A stretch of DNA of 64,000 nucleotides from Podarcis melisellensis (lineage: Eukaryota). Each line of letters opens with the position of its first letter. The stretch's first letter is position 1. The notes under the pieces were generated by a model, which was given only the letters and a program-made list of their open reading frames with translations, was not told where the DNA came from and did no database searches. Made by a program: the position numbers and the translations under genes. The DNA lies in the NCBI GenBank assembly GCA_964234715.1, contig OZ174276.1; one strand, given 5' to 3'. Shown in pieces: positions 13,121 to 27,300 of the stretch.

Positions 13121-14257
13121 ACCCCCCGCTTTCTAAATATTCTCAGTCCAAGGATCTGAGCCCGATCTCTCCCCCCCCCCCCCGCTGTCGCACAATAAAT
13201 TATTCTGCTGATGGCTTTAAAATGCCTAAACTCCGCTCGCCAGATATACTTAATTCAACCCCCCACCCCGCCCCCCCTCCAAACACTTGACTGCTGATTT
13301 TTCTGAGGTGAAAATTTTCCTCTGCAGGCAGCCAGGATTCATCTGAAGGACACACAAATATCGGATCATAATAGGAAGCGAGCTCGGAAAAGCAGCAACC
13401 AGGAACCCACCCAACCAGCGGCAGCAACAACAAGAATCCACCCTCCTCCTGCACAACTCAGTCCGTACACATACACACAACACGCAGTGAATGCAGATAT
13501 CTAGAGATTAAAACAGGAACAAATCCTCGCACCCTCCCCTGCTTTATATGGAAAGGACTTGTCAGAAGGGCATCCGCATAGAGCATATTATACATATAGT
13601 CCTACAAGGCAAAGGCAGTAGCAGCACAGGTTGGGGGGGTGGGGAAAGCTCTCCTGTACAACTTGCTCCACCATTGAAATCTTGAGGTAAAAATTTCAGA
13701 TTTTTAGCAGCAAAGACTGTTAGAATAGATCACAGATATATATTAGATTATATAGAATTTATTAAATTATTCCAGATTTAAATATATTTTTGGAGCTGTG
13801 AAGGAGTGAGGAGCACCAGATGTCTTGGTATTGTTTCCATTAACGTGTACATGGGCAGGTTGAAGCGGCTGTTAAGGCAAAAAAGTTTTTTTAAAATCTT
13901 TTTTAAAAAGAATTCCCAGGAGCTTTCTTTCATCCCCACTTCATTCTTGTGCATTTCCTTTTAGAAAAAAAGGAAACCTCTTATTTTGTTAACCAAAGAT
14001 TTACTTTCTATTCCTTCTGGATATTTGAAGGAAGTGAACACAAGTCTATCCATGTCAATATTTTAAGTGATCTCATTAATAAGATTCCAGGAATAATATC
14101 CAAATCAGATATCTCAAGTGGGTAGGTGGGAAAGAAGGGGGAGGTGAAAGATCTGTAGTAATTTTCAATTATCTTGCTTTAGTAGAAGAACAAAAACATT
14201 TTAAAGTTTTGTTTTGTTTTTTCTTTCCAGGCGGAATTAAAATCCTAAATAAAATAA
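12440..14257 (+). other. CPEB4: Long CPEB4 5'UTR with nine upstream ATGs
   Basis: uATGs at 12628, 12888, 13211, 13222, 13491, 13548, 13820, 13851 and 14052. The 5' end is inferred. Confidence 0.6.
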
Positions 14258-15382
14258 ATGGGGGATTACGGGTTTGGCGTGTTAGTGCAAAACAACACTG
14301 GGAACAAGTCAGCTTTTCCAGTCAGATTTCATCCACATCTGCAGCCTCCGCACCACCATCAAAATGCAACCCCCAGCCCCGCTGCTTTTATAAATAACAC
14401 AGCTGCCAATGGCAGTAGTGCTGGGTCAGCTTGGCTCTTTCCTGCTCCAGCTGCCCATAACATTCAGGATGAGATTCTGGGGTCTGAAAAATCTAAAGCT
14501 CAGCAACAGGAAAAGCAAGACTCCCTAGAAAAACAGCAGCTTTCCCCTAGTCAAAGTCAGGAAGCAGGCATGCTGCCTGAATCAGAGAAATCTAAATCTG
14601 AAGAAAACCAGGGGGATAATTCTTCCGAGAACGGCAATGGGAAGGAGAAAATAAGAATAGAATCGCCAGTGTTAACAGGATTTGATTATCAAGAGGCTAC
14701 AGGGCTGGGTACTTCAAGCCAGCCCTTGACATCTACAGCATCTTCTCTGACTGGTTTCAGTAACTGGTCAGCAGCTATAGCTCCTTCTTCTTCAACAATA
14801 ATCAATGAAGATGCGAGTTTCTTCCATCAGGGAGGGGTTCCTCCTGCTTCAGCTAATAATGGTGCTCTGCTGTTTCAGAATTTTCCACATCATGTCAGTC
14901 CTGGCTTTGGGGGTAGTTTTTCCCCTCAGATTGGACCCCTCTCTCAGCACCACCCTCATCACCCCCATTTTCAGCATCATCACAATCAGCATCAACAACA
15001 GAGAAGGTCTCCTGCAAGCCCTCATCCACCTCCATTTACGCATAGAAATGCTGCTTTTAATCAACTGCCTCATCTTGCTAATAATCTTAACAAACCACCT
15101 TCTCCATGGAGCAGCTACCAAAGCCCATCACCTACACCGTCTTCTTCATGGAGTCCCGGTGGCGGTGGTGGATATGGTGGGTGGGGAGGGTCCCAAGGGC
15201 GAGACCACCGCAGGGGACTGAATGGAGGAATCACACCCCTGAACTCCATCTCACCCCTGAAGAAGAATTTCCCAAGTAATCATATCCAGTTGCAGAAGTA
15301 TGCACGGCCCAGCTCCGCTTTTGCTCCAAAATCTTGGATGGAAGACAGTTTGAACAGAGCTGACAATATCTTTCCTTTTCAG
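14258..15382 (+). CDS. CPEB4: CPEB4 coding exon 1 (375 aa low-complexity N-terminal region with His-rich cluster)
   Basis: ORF 14258.. MGDYGFGV...ADNIFPFQ; donor CAG|GTGAGA at 15382/15383, phase 0. Confidence 0.97.
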
Positions 15383-18300
15383 GTGAGATTATTCTACTAA
15401 TACTAAATAGAATATTCATAAATGTGTTAAATGGTTGCAGAAATAGCAAGACTCTGTTGTTTTTGCATGGTTTCTATTCTTAGAGCTGAGGACTTAATTT
15501 TAAAAATACACCTCTTGTGTGTAGTTTATCCTTTGACATTTCAGGCTTCATCTCTGAATCATGAATGTTCCGTATAGTGTTTGTCAGAGAAGTAACTATA
15601 GGCTATGAGTGCATCTGTTATATAGGTAGTTTGCTGTCAAGTTAATGCACCTGATCAATAAAACAGTTGCAAGAGTGATTATTGAAATAATTCTTTTGTG
15701 GGGTGGATAAGTCCTAAAAAAACTGAGCAGCTGAAATGGAATCCCCCCCTTTTTTACCATATGGCAATAGCATTATGTTTTCAGTACACAAGTATTGGAT
15801 CCTAAAACTGGACTATCGGAAAATATGCCTATGGCTTTGTGAAATTTCTCCGTTCAATAGGAATTCATCTGTTTTTTTAAAAAATAGTCCACTGGGATTT
15901 ACAGTTTTCTTACAAAATGTGGAGCTGATCTCCTCCAGCAAGGGCAATAGATTTTGGTAGATTATAAGTCATTACTAAAAATAGATATACACTCGCTTCA
16001 GACATTGGCCTATGCTGTTCAAATGAGGCCATATGTTATCAGGAAAGAGGCTGTGTGCTTAAAATGTATTGGGAATTTGTCTCCAGTTTCTGAAGGTTAA
16101 TTTCTATTAAAAACAGCCAGCCATGTAATCAGTGAAAATCTGGACAATGGCAATTTTATTTTTTATTTTGGAATTTGTGATTAAGCTTGGTGGGTTTAAT
16201 TTTTTTTATAAAGAGGATTTTGAAACCTAAGGATTCATGGGTGGTGTGTGAAAAAGCAAAGATTGCAAAATTTTTGTTGCATTTCTAGGCATGGTATAAG
16301 CAAAAAACATGGTGTGACCTAGTTTTGTTGTAATTTGGGATAGGAAAACCGGTAGATCAGAAGAAACCTATACTTGACTTAAATACAGTCTTAAAGATCT
16401 AAATATATTTTATAATCTAGTTATACTGCACAGAGAAGTGGAAGTTCTTGTATTATCTTGCATGCAGTTCTCTGGTAAAAATACTATCATTAATGAGACT
16501 TTTTAGTTCATGCTGTATAGCCAGAAGTCTTGAAATAATTTTTCAGACTGGAAGTGTATAAAAGGCTCGTGTAGAAGACCAAATTTAACCTTGGAAACCA
16601 TTAGCACTGTCACTGCAGCAAGCTCTGACTTCCTGTTTAATTCATTCTGTACCGTGACAACGTAGCTACACTGTGACAGAATAAGACCGTGTCCTTACTC
16701 CTGTAGTTAAGGCCTCAAATCTATGAATGTCAGACATGGAAATTTTCTGTTGGTGTACTGGCACACCATTTTCGGGTTGCTGTTCTTGGGGCTATGGTCT
16801 GTATCTTGACACATGCTTTTCTTATATTGTATTGTGGTCAAAAATAATTTGTGGCAGTAGGTTGTTGTCTGTTTACTTAAGCAGTAAACAGAAGGCCATG
16901 GCAAGACCAAGTCTGATGTTTTCTTGTGCCTAGCAAAGGAAAGGTATTTTAATGAAATGGTTTCCAGTTTGTCACTGCTTGAGTTCTGTGATGAGCAAGA
17001 CAAGAGCAGGACTTCAAAAGAAGAACCTAGCACTCAAGCAAATCCTCTTATGAATTTTAAAATAATCTTGGACATTTACCTTTTCTAGTATAAAATCCAT
17101 AATGCTTTTTTTCTTTGCACAAATAACTAAAAAATAAATGAGTTGGCCCTCTTTGTTCAAGTAAGCATGCAAGGTATATGCAATTCAAAACAAAATGTGC
17201 AATATAAAGTGTGTTTGCAAAGCTTTACATAAACGAAAGGCCCTAAGTGCATCAAATCAGGGCTGTCTCTGGACCTATAATTGCCAGAATCTTCTTGGGC
17301 CCATGTTTAGTATCACTACACCCAAACTATCTTGGCAGCTATAACAAAATGGCTTAAATAGATGGCAGTGTTACTTGATCGTGACTAACCCATTCACTGG
17401 GTGACCTCTTGCTATTTTAACATATCCATACACAAGTAGCTTCCTAATATAAGTCGGCTCTTCTATAAAGAGGGGTTTTACAATGTTTATATAAATATAA
17501 TAAGTGCAGAATCTCTTTTTAGTCTCATCTGAATGCCTTTTGAAATACAAAATCCATATCCTTGAGGGATTTTCTCTTATAGCGAAAGATCCTCTGTTAG
17601 AAGTATACAGCTGGCTTTCTTTTTGAAGGATGTTGGCTTTAATGTTTATGTAGATATTTTACAGGAACGTAGTTTAATTATATATATTCACCTATACTGC
17701 AGTTCATTATGACATTATGTATAAATCTAGGGTACTGTAAACAGGAGGGTGGTAACTGGCTGTTAACATGCACTCTGGATAATAGTCCAGTGGTCAGAGT
17801 GTTAGACTCGGGTCTCTTAATTATAAGCACATAGGCCTAAATTCTTCTGCCACAAATTAGGAATAAGGATTTGATGCTTTAAGGGCACTTGAGAACAAAT
17901 CAAATTCTACCTACCTTGAACAGTATAGCAGTACATAAGGACCAAGTGCTTGACTGTTGATATTAATGTGATGCCAAAATGTATGTCCGGTGACATAATC
18001 CAGTCCTGCCCCTAGTAACAGCTGTTGGCACTGCTGCATCACTGTTTTCCTGGATGGGATGCTGCATTGCTGTATGAGAGTTCCCGTACTGTGCTGCTGG
18101 GGAGGAGATCGGAACACAACCAGTTCCACAATGCAGCATTTTTGAACTTTGGAGGGATTCCTGGAAGTGTGAAAGCTCATACAATGTATGCAACTAATTA
18201 TGATTCTTGGGGATTTCCCTGGTTGGATATCAAGGATATCCCTAGTGCCATCTTATTAGGGTAGGACGCCATTATGTCTGCAGCAGTGTAAAGCAACGTT

Positions 18301-21300
18301 TGGTCTGCTTCAACTGAAGCGGACCTATAGACTCGGGTTGCAAATAAATGTGCCCAGACACTTTAAAGCAGATATGCAGGTTATTTCTCAGCTATAGCCA
18401 GTACCAATTCTCCCCTAAAGAATAGATACGCAGGCGGGTGGGGGGAGGGCGGGTAGCAGCTGGACGTGGATGGGCTGGCTTTCCTGCTTGTCTATCTGCC
18501 CACATGGTGGTGGTTAAAGGTCTGTAAAATAGTGTGAATTGTCCTTCTGTGGTTTCTCAACCAAAAAATACAACATAGAGCAATATGAGCTGTGCTTTTG
18601 GTTCACTGTTATCTTAGTTCTGGTCTCTAAAGACACAAAGGGAGAAAAAAGCTGCACACAGAGCCAGTGTAACCTGCAGTGCAGTTTGAATCCAGAAATG
18701 CAGCACAGAGCAATAGAGTGAGTGCATGTGGCTCTCTCCCTTTTGCCAGCAGTCTTTTAAACTATAAAGGGTATGCATGCATTTGACATGCCAGTGCATA
18801 GTATTTCTGGCCTGGTAGAATGGGAGATTACTTGTGGCAATGGGAGATTACTTACGTTGTTAGGCCTGCTTCAAATGCTAGAGCTTGGTCTTGCAAAAAC
18901 ACAGTGGTGGATAATAGACAGAAAGGTAAGTGATCACTCTGTATTTGTTTGTAAGCATGCTGTAAAAGCAAAAATATCATTATGGTTGTAGAAATAACGT
19001 CCTGGCTAGAATAATGTTGACTAGATTCTGTAATATGACCTGCTTGTAATTCTCAAAATACAATGCAGCTGTCAATGCAATATACTTTTACTGAGAAAAT
19101 GTATGCAAAGCACTTTGAACATTTGAAAATGCTAGATAAACCATGTGAGAAAGCAGGATATAATTAATAATATAATACTACATGCCATCTCTTTGCAATA
19201 TTTCCTTTTTTAAGAAAGGCACACAAGATCATACCATTTAGCAGAAAATGGAGGCCGAGTGATTCAACTAAAGATTAATTTTCATATTGATTTAAAAACT
19301 TTTTTAAATCCTATGAGTGTAGTGTTAGCTCATTATTCATTGAAGAATAAGAAGTTATTCTTAAATAGAACTTTATCTTGCATAATAAGGCAACTATTTG
19401 GACATCTGAGAAAAAAGTTGGCAATGGTGCGTTCTTTTTTTGGATGTTTCACTGAACTAAGCGGAGCTTATTTCTGAGTATAAGATTGCACTCCTGGTGT
19501 CTTATTGTCTTTTAAAGATCTCATTGTCTTATTTTCCATTGTGTCACTGTTTGAAGTCAGCGGTATAATAGACTTGGTCATAGCAACTGCTTTTTGCTGA
19601 TGCTCTGCCCTCATGTTTGCAAAGATTTTCTTCTGTATACTTCTTCATAAAAGTGGGACACCTTGCCTGTTTAGCAATAAAGAAGGTTAAGGTTGAGATA
19701 GGAAGATATATTATTGATGACAGAAAGAATGCAATTCTATATACTTAGCTTACATTAGAGCAGACTATTGAATACCTTGAATCTATTAACTGAAAATACA
19801 TCTGTTAAACATACTCACAGACTTCTTGCTGTTAAGACATTTCAAACAAAAGTTCAGATTCTGATCTTTTCCCTGGGTAACTCCACTGAAATCTGTAGGG
19901 CTGCTTTCACACAAGTGGTTTCTCAACAGCTAGCAAAGTGTTGATGGTTTTCTCCTGCTGTGGCTATTTATGATAAAATCTCATAATTTGAATCAAGAGT
20001 TGTGAAAACCGATTTAGAATTTTTATCTCATTTGGTCTTAATTTCCCTATCCTTGAATCACTTCCTGGCACCAGGGTTTTCAAGTGGCCTTTATAAGGAA
20101 GTTTTGGAATGATTCTCATATTCATGTAAATAAACAAGTTACTCTGATGGACAGCAAGGAGCTAGGAGGACAACAGGGGACAGCATTTGTTTTATACACT
20201 TCCCAAACAGGCCCAAATTGGATTCAGTACATTTAACAAACAAACAAAAAACAACTGGCTATACATGTGCAAGATTTACCTGGAACTAGACTGGGAGAAC
20301 ATGAACAGGTCACTCCAACTCATTAAACTCAGAAGTTGTTCAGCAAGAGTCAGACGGTTTTGCTTAAGCAATAAAGGCTTTTGCAATATTTTCCCTCTCT
20401 CTTCTTTAATATAGCCAAAACTTCAGTGCATTTAAGAACCTCTATTTAAAATCATGTCATTGAAAGAGCTGTGGAAGGAAGGTAGAACATAATGATAGAG
20501 ACAAGGTACCAACCATGGCGAGAGGGGCTGAAGCAGTCTTTCTGGTCTGTAAAATGAAATATTTATATTCCTTTTGCTCCTCTCCTTGTCCTGCATTTTT
20601 CAGAGTGGTAGACATGAGTGAGGAAGAACCACTTATCTAGGATACCTCTTAGGTGATAAGGATTATTTAAATAATAGTTTTTAGATAAGTTTCAGAAACC
20701 CAAGACTTGTTTTTAAATTCAGGTGTGTTTATATGTACAGGAGCAGTGCATAAAATATGATGAGTTAACATATGCTTATTCTTTAAACAATGCTTCAATT
20801 AAATTGCTTACATCATCAGCAAACCTTGTTACTGAAGCCTTAATCTTCAAAGAACTCTCACTTTAAAAGACACACCACAGCCTTTGCTACAAGCAAGTTT
20901 GTCACACCCAGACAGGCTTTTGATTCTACACTGTTTGGCATTCATGTTGGCAATTTATGGATTAGATTGCCTCACCCTGGGAAACACAATATAGAAACAT
21001 TCAGCAGTAACTATCAGGTGATATGGGTGCAAACTGTGACACATCGTGACCCTTAGTCTGTGTGTATGCATGTTCTACCGAGTAAGAGTAGAATGAAATC
21101 GTACAAGCATAGGGACGCCATATGGTGCAAGGGGTTACACAAAAAGTAGATGTCATAATTTGATGTTCTTCTTGCACCAGTGAATTTTTATACAACTGCA
21201 GAACCTAGTGGCACTGCTTGAATTACAGGGGTCCAGAATCCTTACCATATGTGACATCCTAATAGTGACTATTTAAAAAAACTTTTAGAGACATTATTTG

Positions 21301-24300
21301 TCTATTTGGCTAAAAATGGAGAGATTCAGAGGGTAGAGCCTGTGGATTTCATTAAGGGCCACCCAACCCTCCCATCAAATGAGCACTGGAAGGGATCTCC
21401 CATTTTAAGTATTGCTGTGCTTGTGGAACACAGATGATGACAGGTTTAGTTTTGAAAGTGCAAGCACTCTGCCTGAATCCAGAGCAAGATTTCACTGCCT
21501 ACTGCAGGAAAAATTGCTGAAGTTCTAAAGTTGTGTTTGTACCAAAGCTTCTTGAAAGCAGAGATGTGCCATAATTATTGTGACTCTTATTTCTAATATG
21601 TTCAAGAGTATCACGATGCATGCTCTGTATGCAGCAAACCTCAGGAGTATGCAGTCTTTAATAGTGCTTTCAGGTTTTTTCTCTTTTAAAGAGAGCCTTT
21701 CTGTCGTCTGAAGTATGATTCAAGCTGGTGTGTGTGTGTGCGTGCGCGCGCATGTGTGCGCACACCCACACAATTTTAAAATGGAAATTATGGATTGGTA
21801 GCAGTGTGTGGAGCAAGAACTCCTGCAAATTTGGCTCAGTTGTGTAATCTCTGCATTAAAATATGTCCCCTTGTCCTTTTGGAGGCTGATAAGCAATGGC
21901 ACATGTTTCAAAATGATTTCAACCTTGAGGAAAGACACCAACCATTTTTTTCTCTTTCAAATGAAATTATAGCACAGTGCAGAATATTAACTGACATCCT
22001 TTAGTGTATATTAAGCAAATATCTGATGATTACTACCATCAGTGTTTAGTTTTACAAAAATCTTTTTTAAACCGTGAGGTTTAATTAATTACTTAGAAAT
22101 GTCTTGCATCTTGACTAAATGTACAAAATGCATGATGATACTGGTATGTCTCTGAGAAACAGCTGCTATTTCCTTATCGGTTGGCAGCCTTCTATTCTTT
22201 AGTGGTAGAAAGCAGTTATTTAGTAATGTAATCTTTATTAGTCAGGCTCTTATTGGCACAATTACTTGCTTGTTCTTTGTAGACTTTCCAATTCAGTATC
22301 CTTTGAACCACCTGTTAAAGCAACACTACAGATACATTATAGCAAACTGCAGTAAATAAACACAAGTGTTCATGCTTTATTGTGCTGCTGGTCACCTGTT
22401 TACTTATTTATTATGCCCATATAGTCATCAGACTTGATTAATTCATTCATATAGGTATTTTGAGGTTAGCACAGTGACTTGATGTGGTGTCCAATGGGAT
22501 ATTGGTGGAGGGCAATGGCTATTGTTTTCATCCCCCCCAATAGAGCCAATTTGTGTTTATTTTAAAGGGAAGCTATGCAACCACTCCTCATATTTGACAA
22601 ACATTGCATCTTCCCCATCCACGCCAGAATACAAACAACCCCAGAAGAAATGGTCCTTTGGATGGAGAAAACTGGCTCAGTTTCCAGGGGACCTGGGCAA
22701 GAGCACACTGTTCCTATTATATAGAAAAAGAAGTAAGAGCCATGTTGTATGGTAACCCTCTTGTACTGTACCACTTCAGAATGAACACGTGAAGCTCTGC
22801 ATTGGCATATTAAGCCCTATCTACTCCAGCTAGCGGGACGCAGGTGGCGCTGTGGGTTAAAGCCTCAGCGCCTAGGACTTGCCGATCGAAAGGTCGGCGG
22901 TTCGAATCCCTGCGGCGGGGTGCGCTCCCGCTGCTCGGTCCCAGCGCCTGCCAACCTAGCAGTTCGAAAGCACCTCCGGGTGCAAGTAGATAAATAGGGA
23001 CCGCTTACCAGCGGGAAGGTAAACGGCGTTTCCGTGTGCGGCTCTGGCTCGCCAGAGCAGCAATGTCACGCTGGCCACGTGACCCGGAAGTGTCTCCGGA
23101 CAGCGCTGGCCCCTGGCCTCTTAAGTGAGATGGGCGCACAACCCCAGAGTCTGTCAAGACTGGCCCGTACGGGCAGGGGTACCTTTACCTTTATCTTCAG
23201 ACATACTCCTTCTAGTACTTCTAATAGCAGGGACTATGTTGCTTCACACTTGCAAAGGATGGGTCCATCCATATGCAGAGTGAGTGGTCATCCTTTCTTG
23301 AATTGGGTAGCAGGGACATACTATATTCTATTTCTTCTTGGCCATAAGGCATGTTTTATTTCAGAACTGTGCATATGGCAGCTTAATACATTTTTCCTAT
23401 AAAGCTATCCTGGCTTAAATTTCAAGATATTGATTAAATATGAAGAATCCTCCTTGAAAGATGTTAAGTGATCTGCCTATACAGAATGTTAAGAAATTGT
23501 TATGGAAGAATACCAGTAACTCTAGACATGTCAGTCTCCCTTTGACAAGAAAAGAAAATAGGTTGAGATCTTCCTAGAGGTGGGAGTGGCAGAATAGTTC
23601 AGACTATGATGAGATTATGTGCTTTAAATTAAATAAGAAGGAACAGTGTGAAGTCAAAAGTCTGTAAAAATAGACAGTGCCCTATTAGTTTTCCTGTAAG
23701 TCATGTAGAGGGAACCTGCACAGCACCCATCTTCTTACCCAGTCATATCCATATGTAAGTTAGGTTTGGTGAAAGGCTGCTGAGTTCATCTCATAGGAGT
23801 TTCTTGTATCTCCTAAGAATGGTCAGACTCTCATTGGTTTTTAAGTATATGTCTGCTGAAACAAGATGTAAGTAATGCTCACTTGTCAAAGCTATGCTTT
23901 CCTGGATCTCCCTGTGTTTTTACACAGTGACTTGAATGTCTTCATAACTTTTCTTGATACATGAATACAGATACTGTTGCAAGATGTGGCAGGTCTAAAA
24001 CTGGCATCACACCTACTTGATGCACACAACTCATTAATTATGACAACTGGATGACTAATTCCAAAGAGCTTCAAACCTTTCCTTGATGATCTGTTCTAAT
24101 GCTTGATGTTCAAAATTCAATAGGTAATTTTTTACTCAATCACGTGAGTTTTGGCTGGGGCAGAAACTTGCAAGTGCTGTCATTTTGAATACTATTGTCA
24201 GTACCCTGGTTATATTAAATGGGAGGATAATGTCTGTATCAGCCATGAGCTCTGCTGACCCACAGTTCTCCACTGTACTTAGCATATATGATAAGAGTAA

Positions 24301-27300
24301 GTAGCGTTTTAACTAAAATGGAAAATGAGCACTCTAAAAATGTTCTTAAAAATTATGCATTGCCTTGGAATGTGGACCATGCTTTTATAGTCTCTCTGTT
24401 GTTTTGTGAGATAACTTGTTGCCTTTTTTTTTTTTTTACCATGGGTGAACTAAGGTTATCTTTCCTGGTTGAGAAGATGGAACCTGTGTAGGCTTCTCCA
24501 TTTGAGTGACAGGTATTAGGGACCAATAGAGCTCTCCTCTATTTTTCACAAGTTTTTTACTTCCTTTTGTTCCTTCTTTCTGACTTTAGAACATGCTGAT
24601 CACAGTCTAGTCAAAGTCCAAAATTGTACACTAAGCCACATTACCTTCTCTAATGGGAACATAAGCGTTGATGTTCCATTGGCTTGCTTTCCAGCTATGA
24701 ATTCACTTTTAAATATGAACATATCTAAAGGAAATGACCTCCTTGTCTGTTAGGATCCTGTAATGCTAAAAATATGTTTAGCTTTATTCACCATTGGACT
24801 TTCCCAAAACTTTCCTTATACGCAATTGCAGTATATTGGCCTGTGTGCATGTTTCTTCTATGGCTTTTAAAAAAAACTTTGGCATCATTGAACTTGCCCA
24901 TAAAGGGCCTAGTGATTAAGTTGCAAAACACAAGTTAATCTCTCTAGATAACCTGAAATATTGTATTTCTTCTGGAAGTTGTTTCTATGAGATGAGAGCA
25001 AAAGAATGTGTGTATAAAATAAGATAAATTCTTTTTACTTTAAGGTAGGCTATTTCAATCTGGGGTTTCAGCCTGCTTTGGGACTGGAAACAGCCTTTAT
25101 CACTTTTGTGGATTATTTACATCAGAAGATGGAAGGTGGACTGTGTTCCTGTTGGTTCCTCTGGACTTTTCAGTCACAATCAGTACCATTGACCAAGGGG
25201 GTAGGGCTTGGGTGCACTGTTAAGTAGGCTCTGCTTATTCCTTCTGAGACAGGGCTCGGAAAATGATGCTGGGGCAGGTACTGTTCCTCCCTGTGGTGAG
25301 TTGCCTGCAGGGTTCTTTCCTTGTTCTGCTTAAGCATCTACATAAAAGCTCTGGGTGAACGGACACAGTTGAAGCTGAAGCTGTAAATCTCCAATTTTGA
25401 GATCTGGGCTATATAGTCATCAGTGTGCAAATACATAGACCTTTCTCATTTTCATCTGATCCTAGGGAGACAGTAAGGAAATAAGGTGGTAAGAAATTGA
25501 GATGGATATGCATTTTAAACTCGAAAACTGTGTATACTAGCAAAGCTCAGCATCAACAAGGTCTGTTGCTTCATGCATTGACTTAACAATTTACTTTTCA
25601 TCTTTTCCCTTGTTGGGGAGTACAGCAAGTTTTGATGGAGAATTATATTTTAAAAATATAATTCTACTATAGGATTGCCATGCTTTTATTACTTACCTGG
25701 CCTCTTGAAAATGGGTGTAAGAGATGAGCTGGTATTTAACTTGGCATGTCTCTACTGACTTTGGAAAATTACAGCTTGACCTCAAGGTTAGGGAGCAAAG
25801 AACTGCAAGCAGGGCTCGTGTGCATAGTTAAACAAAGCCTTGTTGCTAATCCCATGTCCCGAGTAAGTTCACAATAACTGTACTTTCTTTTAGGGCGGAA
25901 ACATTTTTTTAAATTTTTTTTTTAGGTAGGTGAGTTTAAATAGACTATCTGGGACTAATGTTATACCCATTAAAACAACAATGAGAAATTTGAAATATAA
26001 AACAGTGAGCACATCTTAGCAGGCACGACAACTCTTTGTTGGATATTGTTGAGGGGGCCTGGTGCATGTCACACGCATGTGATGTCATGCATGCTGCACT
26101 TTGCAGCACCAGAGGCTGGCTCCTCCAGAGTGCTCTGCCTCCTCCAGATTGACACAACGTTGAACATTCTGTTTAGTTGGGTATTTGTTGTTTCGGTCAA
26201 GAGTGAACTATGAAAGTACTTGCTAAGTGATGGTTTTGGCTATTGTATGTGAGAAATACTTGGGAAGTGTGTTACAGATGACAACATGGCAATGCCTTCA
26301 CTGCAAGTCATTGTGCCTCAGTTAAATATCTATGTACCGTAAATTCCAATGTTGGTCTCACTACAGTGAATGGAATTTCAATGTATGCAGTACTCTTGTT
26401 ATCTGTAACACTAGGTAATGTGGAATACCAATATTTGAAGTAGGTAGAATTCCAAGACTTGCAGTTTTTATTGAACTGCATCTGACCAGAAACTACTGAT
26501 AACTGTATAGCACAGAGCAAATGACATTATGTACTGCACTGCTGCATTTCAAGTAAATAGATGAGCTCTTTGGGCTTCAAATGCTAGGAGGATGGCTTTG
26601 AGATTATGGTCATAAAAAGTTGTTTGTAATATTTAAAAATGCTTCAGATTTTAAAAGAATTATTTATACCTTTGTATAACATGCGGGGGGAGGGGAATAC
26701 AAGCATCAATATATCCTATCAGTAGAGTAAAAAAATAAAAGAAAAAGATAAGAAATGTAGGAGAGTAAAAATTTAGCTCAATGAGAATGTTTCCCACTTG
26801 GACTATTTCACCACTTCGTTTATATCAATATGAGTGTTTGGAAATACATAACTAGTTATGTTTTACTCTAATTGCATAAAGAACTAAATATAATTGTTTT
26901 ATAAAACTACTTTTACTGAGGCTTGAAGTCTGTGGTTTTAAATCAGCATTTGACGTGTCAAGCTGATGAAATCTGGCAAACATGGCCTTGCATCAGATAG
27001 GGTTATATTTTTATTATTTTGTTTATTATTCTCATATTGTGATTCTACCTTCCAAACAGGACTGGTGGTAGCTCTTGACTGACTTAAATTTGCTTCAATA
27101 TATTTTGGATAGTTAAACTGCATTTCCATCCTGAGTGTGCTTAAGGTAGTTTACAACAACCTAACAAAACACACAGCAAAAAATCAATGCAAAGTATCAA
27201 TATAATTACATACAGTGACAGCAAAACTATCCATGTTGAGACTTGAGAACTAAAATGTATTCTAAAATAAGTAAGTGTTCAGTTGACAGCTAACACCATA

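Noticed and set aside
10410-13483. Many overlapping Arg/Pro/Gly-rich ORFs on both strands
   Set aside because: Expected from CpG-island composition; no recognisable domains. Only the ATG-initiated sense ones were kept as uORF candidates.
18436-18453. G-quadruplex motif GGGTGGGGGGAGGGCGGG in intron 1
   Set aside because: Isolated, common motif with no further supporting context.
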